Source of the DNA: Actinomycetes bacterium
Lineage (GTDB): Bacteria; Actinomycetota; Acidimicrobiia; Acidimicrobiales; Acidimicrobiaceae
Direction: 5' to 3'
Assembly (NCBI GenBank): GCA_021819205.1
Contig: JAKARV010000009.1
Coordinates: forward strand, 2,880-66,879
DNA length: 64,000 nt
The notes under the pieces were generated by a model. The model had not been told where the DNA came from, did no database searches, and saw only the letters and a list, made by a program, of their open reading frames with translations. Position numbers and translations under genes: made by a program. This document shows positions 34,954-44,599 of this stretch, piece by piece. The number at the start of each line of letters is the position of its first letter. Position 1 is the first letter of the stretch.

Positions 34954-37155
34954 ATGGCGGAGTTTTCAAAGGAAGAGTTGAGCGAGTTTTTGGTCGAGTC
35001 TGGCGAGAGCCTAGACCGCCTCGACGAAGAGCTGCTGGCGCTCGAGACCGATCCCGAGGCCAGCGAGAGCATAAGCTCAATCTTCCGTACCGTACACACC
35101 ATCAAGGGAACCTGCGGCTTTCTGGGGTTCGCGCGCCTGGAGAGCGTTGCTCACGAGGGTGAGAATTTGCTGGCGCGCCTGAGGGATGGAGAGATCTCCA
35201 TGAACCGCTCGATCGCCGATGCTCTCTTGGAGCTCGAGGATGCCTTGCGATCGATGCTCTCGGCCATCACCGCCACCGGCTCCGATGGCGACGACGATTT
35301 TCCCGATCTCCGCTCACGCCTGGCCGATCTTGCAGCCGCAAAGGCCGAAGCCAAAAGTTCGGGACCCTTGAAGCTGCCCCCAAACGCCTTCGTTTTCTCC
35401 GCAGCTGCGGATGGTGACGCTGCGGCCAAAGACGGCGATGCGGCAGATGGCGGAGGCGAAACGGTTCCGTCCGGAGGGGCGATTCCGGATGCGCGGGACG
35501 CCAAGGGTGGCCAGAAGGATCCGTCCGGCCCGCGTCCCGTGGCCATCGACACCTTGGTAAGGGTTGACGTTTCTCTGCTCGATCGGCTGATGAACCTGGT
35601 CGGGGAGCTGGTGCTCGCTCGCAATCAGGTGCTGCAGCTGGCTTCGATCAAGGAGGATTCGCAGCTCAGCGCCACAACTCAGCGGCTTAGCCTGATCACC
35701 TCCGAACTGCAGGAGAACGTGATGAAGACCAGGATGCAGCCGATCGGCAACCTGCTTGGCAAGTTTCCCCGGATCGTCCGCGACCTCGCCAACACCTGCG
35801 GCAAGCGGGTTCGCCTGGAGATCGAGGGGCGCGACACCGAACTCGACCGGACCATAGTCGAAGCGATTCGGGACCCGCTCACGCATCTCATCCGAAATGC
35901 CGTTGACCACGGGGTCGAAATGCCGGCTGCTCGAGCCGCCGCCGGAAAGCCCGAGGAGGGTTGGATTCGAATCCTTGCGTACCACGAGGGAGGTTTCGTC
36001 AACATCGAGGTCGCCGACGATGGAGCCGGAATCGATCCCAAGGCTATCGCCGCAAAGGCGCTCTCCCTCGGCCTCATCTCCAGCGAAGATCTGGCCAGCC
36101 TCACCGAACGCGAGGTGTTGGAATTGCTTTTCGTGCCCGGCTTTTCGACCGCCGCCTCGGTTACCAGCGTCTCCGGCCGCGGCGTCGGCATGGACGTGGT
36201 CAAGACCAACGTCGAGCAGATCAGGGGTAGTATCGAGATCATCTCGGTCAAAGGGCAGGGAACAACCTTCAAGTTGCGAATCCCGCTCACGCTGGCGATT
36301 ATTCCTGCACTTGTGGTCGAGGCCGGTCAAGAGCGCTTCGCCATCCCCCAGGTCTCGCTCTTGGAGCTGGTGAGGTTGGAGAGTTCGGGCATGGCCGAGT
36401 CGATCAACTTCGTCGATAGCACTCCGGTCATGCGCCGGCGCGACCAGCTGCTGCCGCTGCTGGACCTGGGATCGTTGCTCGGTATCGGCGAGTCCTGGTA
36501 CGAGCGCCAGCTGGACGCGATCAACGTGGTGATCCTCCGCACCGAAAGTGGCGCCTTTGGTGTTGTCGTTGATCGGGTGATCGACACCCAGGAGATCGTG
36601 GTCAAGCCGCTTGGCTCTCAGGTATCGCAGCTGCAACAGTACTCCGGGGCGACGATAATGGGAGACGGCTGCGTCGCGCTGATCCTGGACGTGAACGGCA
36701 TTGCCCGGTATGGGGGCGTCGGCGCCGCCGCTGCGGAGCAGCCAATACTGCGCGAAAGTGCGGAGGAGTTCGAAGGCGAGGCCGTGCTGGTGGTCAGGGC
36801 CGGCACCGAGGAGAGGGTGGCACTCCCGCTGCGCGAGATCGACCGCCTCGAGACTTTCCCGGTCAACTCCATCGAGATGGCCGAAGGGGAACCCGTAGTC
36901 CAGTACCGGGGATCGATCATGCGGCTGTTCTGGCTATCGCAGTTGGTGGGTGCCACCGGAGTGGATCCCGACTCCGATGAGATCCAGGTGGTTGTTCCGA
37001 GTTCCGACCTTCCCACCTGCGGCATCGTCATCGAGGAGATCTTGGATATTACCCACACTAGCTCCTTGGACGAACGAATCGCCGTGATCGGAGGGAAAGT
37101 GACCCGGATAGAGTTGCTGGCTCACTTGGTGGGCGAGCCCGTAGGAGGTCGATGA
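34954..37155 (+). CDS. cheA: Chemotaxis histidine kinase CheA
   Basis: 733 aa. Hpt motif HTIKGTCGF, HATPase G-boxes (DDGAGID, GRGVGMD) and a C-terminal CheW-like domain. AAGGAGG SD. Confidence 0.95.
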   Translation: MAEFSKEELSEFLVESGESLDRLDEELLALETDPEASESISSIFRTVHTIKGTCGFLGFARLESVAHEGENLLARLRDGEISMNRSIADALLELEDALRSMLSAITATGSDGDDDFPDLRSRLADLAAAKAEAKSSGPLKLPPNAFVFSAAADGDAAAKDGDAADGGGETVPSGGAIPDARDAKGGQKDPSGPRPVAIDTLVRVDVSLLDRLMNLVGELVLARNQVLQLASIKEDSQLSATTQRLSLITSELQENVMKTRMQPIGNLLGKFPRIVRDLANTCGKRVRLEIEGRDTELDRTIVEAIRDPLTHLIRNAVDHGVEMPAARAAAGKPEEGWIRILAYHEGGFVNIEVADDGAGIDPKAIAAKALSLGLISSEDLASLTEREVLELLFVPGFSTAASVTSVSGRGVGMDVVKTNVEQIRGSIEIISVKGQGTTFKLRIPLTLAIIPALVVEAGQERFAIPQVSLLELVRLESSGMAESINFVDSTPVMRRRDQLLPLLDLGSLLGIGESWYERQLDAINVVILRTESGAFGVVVDRVIDTQEIVVKPLGSQVSQLQQYSGATIMGDGCVALILDVNGIARYGGVGAAAAEQPILRESAEEFEGEAVLVVRAGTEERVALPLREIDRLETFPVNSIEMAEGEPVVQYRGSIMRLFWLSQLVGATGVDPDSDEIQVVVPSSDLPTCGIVIEEILDITHTSSLDERIAVIGGKVTRIELLAHLVGEPVGGR

Positions 37156-37589
37156 CCATGGCCCAGGAGCAGTACTGCACCTTCAAGCTCGACAGCCTGG
37201 TGCTTGGCCTTTCGGTCGTGCACGTGCAGGAGGTGATCCGGCACCAGCAGATCACCCGAGTCCCGCTGTCAAAGCAGATCGTGAGCGGTTTGATGAACCT
37301 TCGAGGGCAGATCGTTTCCGCTCTTGATCTGCGCCGGCGTTTCGGCATCGAAGAGTCGTTTCCGCAGGAGCCGATGAGCCTGATCGTGGTGGTCCAAGGG
37401 GAGTCGATTGCGCTGCTGGTCGACGAGATCGGTGACGTGATCACCGCTGAAGCCGCCGACTTCGAACCGGTTCCGGAGACTCTGGGTCCGCCCGCAAGCG
37501 AGCTAATCCGCTCGGTTCTTCGTACCGCCAACGGGCTGCTTCTCCTTCTCGACCTGGATGCCGCCGTCCAGTTCGCGATGGCCACCTGA
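37152..37589 (+). CDS. cheW: Chemotaxis coupling protein CheW
   Basis: 145 aa, single CheW-like domain (YCTFKLDSLVLGLSVVHVQEV). ATGA overlap with cheA. Confidence 0.9.
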   Translation: MTMAQEQYCTFKLDSLVLGLSVVHVQEVIRHQQITRVPLSKQIVSGLMNLRGQIVSALDLRRRFGIEESFPQEPMSLIVVVQGESIALLVDEIGDVITAEAADFEPVPETLGPPASELIRSVLRTANGLLLLLDLDAAVQFAMAT

Positions 37590-37590
37590 G

Positions 37591-38685
37591 GTGTCGAAGG
37601 TCCTGATAGCCGACGACTCGTCGGTAGTGCGGTCCCAGCTGACCAAGTGGTTCCAGGCCGAGCCCGAGTTCGAAGCGGTCTTTGCCGCCGAGGACGGGGA
37701 GATGGCCGTTGCCCAGTTCGAGAGGGTGCGTCCAGACTTGGTAATCCTCGACGTGGAGATGCCCAAGCTCACCGGGATAGAGGCGGTAGAGCGGATCCGG
37801 AGACTGGACAAGCGCGTGCCGGTAGTGATGTTCTCCACTTTGACCAGTGCTGGCAGCCGACAGACGGTTCTCGCCCTCCTCGCCGGCGCGAGCGACTACA
37901 CCGTAAAGCCGGGCGGCGGCGTTTCCCTCGATCAGTCGCGCGACTCGTTGATGACGAAGGCGAAGGCGCTGCTGCGCTACTCCAGGCCTATAGCCGCACC
38001 CATCGGCCGGAAACCGTCGCCACATCAGGGCGAGAGCCCGCAGCGCCGCTTCCGGAGCCAGGCTCCGCAAGCACCGGTGCGCAGGCCGGGAAGTTCGGGG
38101 TGGTTGATCGTCGTTGCCTCTTCAACCGGCGGCCCGGCTGCTCTGGGAGAGTTCCTGGCTGGCGTGGGAAGCAATCCGCCGGCTCCGGTGCTGGTGGTTC
38201 AGCATATGCCGGCAATGTTTTTGGATATCTTGGCCTCGCGGCTCGATGCCAAGAGTCCGCTCGACGTCCGGGTGGCCGCCGGCGGGGAAAAAATTTCATC
38301 CGGAGGGGTGTGGTTGGCTCCGGCCGGCTCGCACCTCGAAGTAAGGCGGATCGGGCAGGTGGCGGAGTTGGCATTGACCGATGCCCCGCCGGAGAACTCG
38401 TGCAAGCCCGCGGCTGACGTCTTGTTCTCGTCGGCGGCGGCCTTTGCCCCAAGGGTGGTGGGCGTTGTTCTCACCGGGATGGGGATGGACGGAACCCGGG
38501 GGGCCAAGGCGATAAGTGGCTCCGGCGGCAGGATCATCGCCCAGAGTCAGGAGTCGTCGGTGGTCTGGGGCATGCCGGGTTCGGCAGCCGCCGCAGGGGT
38601 GGTGGAGTGGTTCGGTTCTCCGGCGGAGCTTGGCCAGAGAGCGGTAGATCTGGCTGGACAGAGGGTTGCGCTGAGGTCCCGGTGA
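37591..38685 (+). CDS. cheB: Chemotaxis response regulator / protein-glutamate methylesterase CheB
   Basis: REC domain (KVLIADDS...DLVILDVEMP) plus methylesterase domain (ASSTGGP, HMP, GMGMDG). GTG at 37591 lies just after the cheW stop; the alternative ATG is at 37558. Confidence 0.9.
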   Translation: MSKVLIADDSSVVRSQLTKWFQAEPEFEAVFAAEDGEMAVAQFERVRPDLVILDVEMPKLTGIEAVERIRRLDKRVPVVMFSTLTSAGSRQTVLALLAGASDYTVKPGGGVSLDQSRDSLMTKAKALLRYSRPIAAPIGRKPSPHQGESPQRRFRSQAPQAPVRRPGSSGWLIVVASSTGGPAALGEFLAGVGSNPPAPVLVVQHMPAMFLDILASRLDAKSPLDVRVAAGGEKISSGGVWLAPAGSHLEVRRIGQVAELALTDAPPENSCKPAADVLFSSAAAFAPRVVGVVLTGMGMDGTRGAKAISGSGGRIIAQSQESSVVWGMPGSAAAAGVVEWFGSPAELGQRAVDLAGQRVALRSR

Positions 38686-39500
38686 GCGAGGTTGGTGCTC
38701 TGGCCTACGAGGCTTTGCGGCAGTTCCTCGTTCGCGAGGTGGCCATCGAGTTGGGGCCGGACCGCCAGTACCTGGTCTCCTCCCGCCTTCACACCCTGGC
38801 CCTTCGTGGCGGCTTCTCCTCCATCGACGAGCTGGTCTTTGCCATGCAATCGGGGAGGCGCAGGGATCTGATTCAGGGCGTTATCGACGCCATGGTCACC
38901 AACGAGACTTTTTTCTTCCGGGACAAGCCGGTCTTTGACACCCTGGTCACTTCGGTGATCCCGAGGCTCTTCGAGCAGAGGCGTGGCGACAACATCCGGG
39001 TGTGGTCGGCCGCTTCCGCCTCCGGCCAAGAGCCCTACTCGTTGGCGATGCTAATCCTCGACCGGCTCCCGAACCTTGCCAAGCGGCTGTCGATCCTTGC
39101 AACCGACGTCTCCGTCGAGATGGTAGAGAGGGTTCGAAAAGGGTGGTTTTCGCATTTGGAGATGAGTCGTGGGCTTCCTCCGGTGTACCAAAAAACCTTT
39201 TTCCAGCCTGCAGGCGACGGCTTCCAGCTTCGCGCCGATGTCCGTTCCCTGGTGAAGTCGGAGGTGCTCAATTTGATTCGGCCTTGGCCGGGGATGGGGC
39301 CGTTTGAGCTGGTCTTCCTGCGGAACGTGCTGATCTATTTTCCACAGCAGTACAAGCGCCAGGTGATTGCGCAGCTTGAAAGGACCTTGCTGCCGGGTTC
39401 GGTAGTGCTGCTCGGTACCGGAGAGTCGATGCTTGGCCTCTCCGAGAAGTTCGAGACCGTGCGCCTTGCCCAGGCGCAGTTCCACCGCTTCGCCCCCTAA
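38682..39500 (+). CDS. cheR: Chemotaxis protein methyltransferase CheR
   Basis: TNETFFFRD, VWSAASASGQEPYS and FLRNVLIYF motifs. GTGA overlap with the cheB stop; the ORF opens at 38607. Confidence 0.85.
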   Translation: MSEVGALAYEALRQFLVREVAIELGPDRQYLVSSRLHTLALRGGFSSIDELVFAMQSGRRRDLIQGVIDAMVTNETFFFRDKPVFDTLVTSVIPRLFEQRRGDNIRVWSAASASGQEPYSLAMLILDRLPNLAKRLSILATDVSVEMVERVRKGWFSHLEMSRGLPPVYQKTFFQPAGDGFQLRADVRSLVKSEVLNLIRPWPGMGPFELVFLRNVLIYFPQQYKRQVIAQLERTLLPGSVVLLGTGESMLGLSEKFETVRLAQAQFHRFAP

Positions 39501-39557
39501 AGCAAGACTTGCCAACGCCCGGCTTTTGCGGCATGGTTATAGTACTCCGTGTGCTAG

Positions 39558-40388
39558 GTGGGGATTGGTGTGCCAAGGTCGAGCGTTGTACCGCTGTCTC
39601 AAAGTGCGTACCTGAGTATCAGGTCGGCGATTGTCGAGCTCAAGATCGAGCCAGGAAGTTTTCTGTTGGATCGGGATATTGCCGACACGGTCGGCGCTTC
39701 GAGGACGCCGGTTCGGGAGGCGCTGGCGCGGCTCGAGGTGGAGGGGTGGATCGAGTCGGTGCCGAGGAAGGGGTACCGCGTTCTTCCGATCAACTACGAG
39801 GAGCTCCCGGAGATCATCGGAATGCTCTCCGGCATTGAGGAGGCGGGCGCTGTCGCCATGGCCGGAGAGGGCAACCGCTTCAAGGTGTCGGTGCTTCGCG
39901 ATATCAACGCCCAGTTGCGGCTCCTAGCCGACGATGGTGATTGGGAGATGTTTCTCGGCCTTGACAACAACTTCCATCGGATGGCGGTGAGCGAGGCGGT
40001 GGGGCATCACCTGACCGGTTCGATCTACTCGCTCCTGGTCGACCAGCTCCACCGGGCGCGGAAGCTCCAGCCGCTGGCGATCGGAGAGCTCCGGCATCAC
40101 GTGGAGGAGCATCGGGTCTTCATCCTCGCAGTCGAGCTGGGAGATGCAGATGCCGCTGCCCTGCTCGCCAGGGGGCATCGCCAGCGCCTTGCCAATCGGC
40201 TTCTCTCCCTCACCGTCGAAACGGCCCAGCTTCGGGAGGTCGAGATGGAGGGTGAGCCGGCTCAACCCGATAGCGGAAGAGGGCTGGACGAACTTTCCAT
40301 GACTCCCTCCGGCAGCATCAGGGCGCGCCTCGGGCGGATCCGATCCAAGGTGCTTCCTTCGGAGGAGGGCATCTCCACTGAGGATTGA
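39558..40388 (+). CDS. GntR-family (FCD-type) transcriptional regulator embedded in the che cluster
   Basis: 276 aa. Winged HTH (DIADTVGASRTPVREALARLEVEGWIESVPRKGYRV) followed by a helical FCD-like domain. Confidence 0.8.
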   Translation: MGIGVPRSSVVPLSQSAYLSIRSAIVELKIEPGSFLLDRDIADTVGASRTPVREALARLEVEGWIESVPRKGYRVLPINYEELPEIIGMLSGIEEAGAVAMAGEGNRFKVSVLRDINAQLRLLADDGDWEMFLGLDNNFHRMAVSEAVGHHLTGSIYSLLVDQLHRARKLQPLAIGELRHHVEEHRVFILAVELGDADAAALLARGHRQRLANRLLSLTVETAQLREVEMEGEPAQPDSGRGLDELSMTPSGSIRARLGRIRSKVLPSEEGISTED

Positions 40389-40508
40389 TTGGTGGTGCGC
40401 CCCCCTTAAAGTGGCGCTTTGCCGCCACCGCCCGCTCCCGCAGGGGTAAAGCCTCCGCGCCTTCATGCCGATATGAGTGGTGCGGAGATGGATATCCGAG
40501 GAGTAACA

Positions 40509-40877
40509 ATGAGAATCTTGATCGCGGATGACTCGCGGGCCATGCGGATGATTGTGGTCAGGCAATTGAGGCAGGCGGGCTTCGAGGATGCAGAGTTTAT
40601 CGAGGCCGCAGATGGTGCGGAGGCGCTGGCGAAGGCCCGAGAGCACTCCCCGAACTTGATCGTGTCCGACTGGAACATGCCTGAGGTAAACGGCCTGGAG
40701 TTTCTGCGGCAGCTGCGCGCCAGCGGAGACGATACCGTCTTTGGCTTCGTAACCTCGGAGGGGACACCGGACATGATTCAGCTGGCGCGGTCTAACGGAG
40801 CCTCTTTTTTGATCGCCAAGCCGTTTACGCCGGAGACCTTTCGGGACACCCTTAACGCGGTTGGGGTGGAGCTATGA
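40509..40877 (+). CDS. cheY: Chemotaxis response regulator CheY
   Basis: 122-aa single REC domain (MRILIADDS...IVSDWNMP...KPF). GAGGAG SD before the ATG at 40509. Confidence 0.9.
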   Translation: MRILIADDSRAMRMIVVRQLRQAGFEDAEFIEAADGAEALAKAREHSPNLIVSDWNMPEVNGLEFLRQLRASGDDTVFGFVTSEGTPDMIQLARSNGASFLIAKPFTPETFRDTLNAVGVEL

Positions 40878-41332
40878 GCGATCTGCTTGACTGGTCGATG
40901 TCGGTCGTGGAGGGGGTCCAGGCGCTCGAGGAGGGGATCTTCAAGGTCTTTGACGGCGTTCCCCGCATGATTGATGAGAAGGCTCCGCTCAATCTGCCGG
41001 GCGCGTGGGTATCGTTGATCGGAGGCAGGTTGGCTCTCCAGTTCGGGCTGATCGCCGAGTACGCGACCTTGGAACAGCTTGCTCTCCGCTTTACCGGATT
41101 CGATTTGGTCAACGAGATAGATGTCACGGACGCAATCACCGAGGTCGCCAATATCGTCGGTGGGGTGGCCAAGCGCTCGATGATCTCCCACGATCCGTTG
41201 TTGACCAGTGGGCTCCCGATCTTCCTTTTCGGGAGATTGGTGGTTCCGTCCCAGGTGGACCAGGCGCTGATTGAGGTTCCGAGCAGTGCGGGAAACGTGT
41301 ATTTCGCAACCCTAGTTCAGAAGGATGCCTGA
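40874..41332 (+). CDS. cheX: CheX/CheC-family CheY-P phosphatase
   Basis: 152 aa. Contains the phosphatase signature D-x3-E-x2-N-x(~22)-P (DAITEVAN...GLP). ATGA overlap with cheY. Confidence 0.7.
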   Translation: MSDLLDWSMSVVEGVQALEEGIFKVFDGVPRMIDEKAPLNLPGAWVSLIGGRLALQFGLIAEYATLEQLALRFTGFDLVNEIDVTDAITEVANIVGGVAKRSMISHDPLLTSGLPIFLFGRLVVPSQVDQALIEVPSSAGNVYFATLVQKDA

Positions 41333-41834
41333 GATGCCGGCTACCGGATTTGATATACCGATCTTGCCCAGGCTTGACGATGTCGAGAAGTTGCTTCATG
41401 GTCTCTTCGGGCGCGAGGTTACCGCCAAGCGGCTTCCCCAGCTGACCGCTGTCGACGACCCATGGCTGCATGCGGACTACCGCGACAAGGATGGGCGACT
41501 CCGGGCCATGGCGGTATGCGACAAGGGGGTGGCACTCGCCTTTGGAGGCGCGCTCTCGTTGATACCTCCGGCGGTTGTCAAGGAGTCGGCGAACGCGGCC
41601 GCTTTGCCGGAGAACCTCTTCGACAACGCCTACGAGGTGCTAAACGTCTTTGCCAGCCTCTTCAACGATCACCGCCAAGGGGCGCTGCACGTTCGCCTTG
41701 GCGAAGTCTTGGAGAGGCAGCCCTTCGACGAGGAGATGCGGCTGCTTTTCGAGCAAAAAACCAACCGCGTCGATGCCGGCCTCGAGATTGCCGGTGGCTA
41801 CGGAGGCGGGAAGATCTCGTTGCGAGTGGCTTGA
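41325..41834 (+). CDS. Second, divergent CheX/CheC-like protein (putative)
   Basis: 169 aa. Carries a D-x3-E-x2-N element (DNAYEVLN), but the following Pro is about 25 residues away. Overlaps the cheX stop. Confidence 0.4.
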   Translation: MPEMPATGFDIPILPRLDDVEKLLHGLFGREVTAKRLPQLTAVDDPWLHADYRDKDGRLRAMAVCDKGVALAFGGALSLIPPAVVKESANAAALPENLFDNAYEVLNVFASLFNDHRQGALHVRLGEVLERQPFDEEMRLLFEQKTNRVDAGLEIAGGYGGGKISLRVA

Positions 41835-41835
41835 G

Positions 41836-43845
41836 ATGGCCGCGAGGATAGCCGCAGTCCGGCTGGGCACCTCAGTGGCCGGGAAGCCGGCGCACCTCGG
41901 TCCGGTGCCGGCATTTGACTGGCGCCTGCGCGAGAGCGCGCCCAAGGGGCTGCTCTCCACGCTTGGCAACTTCGACTGGATCCTTCTGCTCGACCATTCG
42001 GTTCTGCCGTCGCGGAGGCTCGTCCCCGATTTGGTGGCGGCCGCGCATTTTGCCGGCCCCGGACGGGTTGTGGTGCCGCGTTGTCCAAACGTTTACGGGC
42101 CGCAGCGGCTGGTCGTGGGCGCAGACGAGGACCTCGCCACCGAAAAGGGACGGCTTGCTTTCACCAGCCGGCAGGCGAGGGCCTACGCTGGTGAGCTGGA
42201 GGGAACCTCGTTCGTCTCCGATTTGGCGGCGCTGGTTCCGGCTGCGCTCTTTTCCGGGGTGGCCGGTGCGAGGTACCCGGATACCGCCGCGCTCTTTGGC
42301 ACGCTGCTCGCGACGGCTGAAGTGAGGATCGCCTACCAAGCGGTGGCGTTCTCGACCGAGATCAAGGAGAAGCTGATTCCGGTCGCACCGGCGCCGGATC
42401 CCCTGGTCAGTTGCTGCATCATCACCAAGAACGAGGAGCGGGATGTCGAGAAGTGCATCCGTTCCGTGACCGCGCTCGTGGACGAGGTGATCGTCTACGA
42501 TACCGGTTCGACCGACGCGACTGTTTCAATCGCGCGTGGCTTGGGGGCGACGGTGGTTGACGGCGAATGGCGCAACGACTTTGCCTGGGCTCGCAACCAG
42601 GGCTTGGGTTACGCGCGCGGCCGCTGGGTCTTCTGGCTCGATGCCGACGAAGTGCTTGCCGGGGACACCGCCGCGCTCCGGACCCGCCTCGCCGATCCGC
42701 TGCTTCCCTACGAGGCCTACTCGATCAGGATCGTCTCCCCGACGGGATCGGGGCTCTCCCGCTCGGAACACTTTGCCAACCGCGTGTTCAGGCGGGCGAC
42801 CTCTCACTGGCGAGGCGCGCTCCACGAGACGATCTGGCTGCGGGACGGATCGCGGACCAGTTACTCGGTCCAAGCCGACGAGATCCACCTCGACCACTCG
42901 GGATACCTCGACCAGACGATGGGGGAGAAGCACAAAGGCGAGCGCAACCTGGAAGTCGCCTCCCAGAACCGCTCCGCTGGGCACCAGGCTGAAATCGCGC
43001 TGCACAAGGCGCGCTCCCAGCTGCTCCTTGGCGAGTACGCTGCTGCTCGCGACCTGTGCCGCAAGTCGGTGATCGGATCGAAGGTGCCGTCGCTGGAGAA
43101 GTTCGCCTACCTGGTGATCGCCGACAGCTCCCGGGCGCTCGGCGATTATGCGGAGGCCTATTGGGCGATCGAGCAACTGGACACCATCGGCACCCACCCC
43201 TTCATCGGCCTGGAGCAGAAGGCGAGATGCCTATTGGAGGAGGGGCGATATCGAGAGGCGCTTGACGCGGTGACAAAGATCGATCGCTGGATCGCCGACA
43301 GCGATGGCCTCACGGCTGACCCGGTGCGGCTCAACGGGATCAGGGCCCAGGCGCTTGCCGGATTGGGCCGTCTCGATGAAGCGGTAGCGGCCATCCTCGA
43401 TGGACTTCGCTCCGGGCTTCTCGACATCCACTTGGGGGTACTGATCGGGTGGATGGATGAGATCGGCATCGAGCTCTCGGAGCTCGCGAGCGCGATCCCG
43501 AAGGAGAAGGAGAACGTGGTCGTAGCCCAGCTACTCCAGATCAATGCCGAGGTGGCAGATCGGGTGATCACCGGGCTGCTTGCCGAGATGCCCGGGAACC
43601 GGGCGCTGCTTGCCGCGGCGTCGCTGGTGGCGAGGGTGCTTCCGCTAGAGCGCGCCGCCTACTGGTCCCAGCTGCTGGTGGATGCGAACCTCGGGCTCTC
43701 GTCCCCGCTGATCGCGATAGCGAAGGACGAAAGTTCGGATCGCGATCGCCGGCTCGAGGCCGCGCGAATCGGTTGTGAAGAGCAGCAGATTGGCGAGTGT
43801 GCCTCCATCTTCATGGAACTTTCCGCCCTAGGCGCCCGCCGCTAG
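41836..43845 (+). CDS. Family-2 glycosyltransferase fused to C-terminal TPR-like repeats
   Basis: GT2 core VSCCIITKNEERDVEKCIRS...VYDTGSTD...WLDADE, with a helical repeat region after residue ~430. ATG at 41836; the 731-aa ORF in the track is over-extended. Confidence 0.75.
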   Translation: MAARIAAVRLGTSVAGKPAHLGPVPAFDWRLRESAPKGLLSTLGNFDWILLLDHSVLPSRRLVPDLVAAAHFAGPGRVVVPRCPNVYGPQRLVVGADEDLATEKGRLAFTSRQARAYAGELEGTSFVSDLAALVPAALFSGVAGARYPDTAALFGTLLATAEVRIAYQAVAFSTEIKEKLIPVAPAPDPLVSCCIITKNEERDVEKCIRSVTALVDEVIVYDTGSTDATVSIARGLGATVVDGEWRNDFAWARNQGLGYARGRWVFWLDADEVLAGDTAALRTRLADPLLPYEAYSIRIVSPTGSGLSRSEHFANRVFRRATSHWRGALHETIWLRDGSRTSYSVQADEIHLDHSGYLDQTMGEKHKGERNLEVASQNRSAGHQAEIALHKARSQLLLGEYAAARDLCRKSVIGSKVPSLEKFAYLVIADSSRALGDYAEAYWAIEQLDTIGTHPFIGLEQKARCLLEEGRYREALDAVTKIDRWIADSDGLTADPVRLNGIRAQALAGLGRLDEAVAAILDGLRSGLLDIHLGVLIGWMDEIGIELSELASAIPKEKENVVVAQLLQINAEVADRVITGLLAEMPGNRALLAAASLVARVLPLERAAYWSQLLVDANLGLSSPLIAIAKDESSDRDRRLEAARIGCEEQQIGECASIFMELSALGARR

Positions 43846-44528
43846 AGCGCTACGGCGAACGCCAGCTCTTCAAGCGCGGCCGGGCCGCGGTCGCGGTAAA
43901 CGGTCACCTCTCCCTCTCCCGAGACCCTCAACTCTCCGTTTGAGCCGCGGATCAGCGCGGTGCGCTCGTCGATCGCGACGATTACGGCGGAGTGGCCCGC
44001 GAGCGCGAGCGTGCGTTCCTTGCGGTCGCGGTTCCAGGCGTTTGCGTGGGGGAGGACGGCGATCCCTGGAAATATCCCCAACCCCAGCGTGAGCGCTCCA
44101 CCGCGCGGATCGATCATCGGGTTGGCAAGAACCATTGCCGACGCCGATGACGCCACCAGCGTTCCTCCCTGCCGGATGACCTCCTTGATCGCTTCCAGCG
44201 TTGGCGAGTCCTTGAGCACCGACCTCAGGTGCAGTGGAGAGCCCCCGGTGAGGTAGAGCAGTCGGGACTTTGCCACCTCGCCAGCGAGCCCGTAATCGCA
44301 CGCGTCGGCCCGTGAGTAGATCGGTACCGGCCGCACCGGATAGCCAAGGCCGGAGAAGTATTCGGTAGCCCTAGCGACCGCCAGCTGCGGCGACTCAAAG
44401 GCGGCAGCGGTGGGGAGGACGGTGATCTCTTTCGGCCGCTCTGCCTCGAGAAGCTCGCCATCGAAGGAGCACCCCTCGCAAAACTCTCCGCCTCCGACGA
44501 GGGCGATTGTCCCGGTGTTGTGCTCCAT
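43842..44528 (-). CDS. Peptidase S51 / type-1 glutamine-amidotransferase-like (cyanophycinase/dipeptidase-E family)
   Basis: 228 aa. IALVGGGEF...LYLTGGSP...ASSASAM pattern (nucleophile Ser region). Confidence 0.65.
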   Translation of the reverse strand: MEHNTGTIALVGGGEFCEGCSFDGELLEAERPKEITVLPTAAAFESPQLAVARATEYFSGLGYPVRPVPIYSRADACDYGLAGEVAKSRLLYLTGGSPLHLRSVLKDSPTLEAIKEVIRQGGTLVASSASAMVLANPMIDPRGGALTLGLGIFPGIAVLPHANAWNRDRKERTLALAGHSAVIVAIDERTALIRGSNGELRVSGEGEVTVYRDRGPAALEELAFAVAL

Positions 44529-44599
44529 GGTCGGCTAGCCTACCACCGCGAACGGCCCGCCTGACTAGCATGCCGCGAACAACGTTGCTACTCTTCTTG

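Noticed and set aside
35314-36636. 440-aa ORF antisense to cheA
   Set aside because: It lies entirely inside the well-supported cheA frame. It has the Arg/Gly/Asp-rich composition typical of shadow ORFs in high-GC DNA, and shows no motifs and no RBS.
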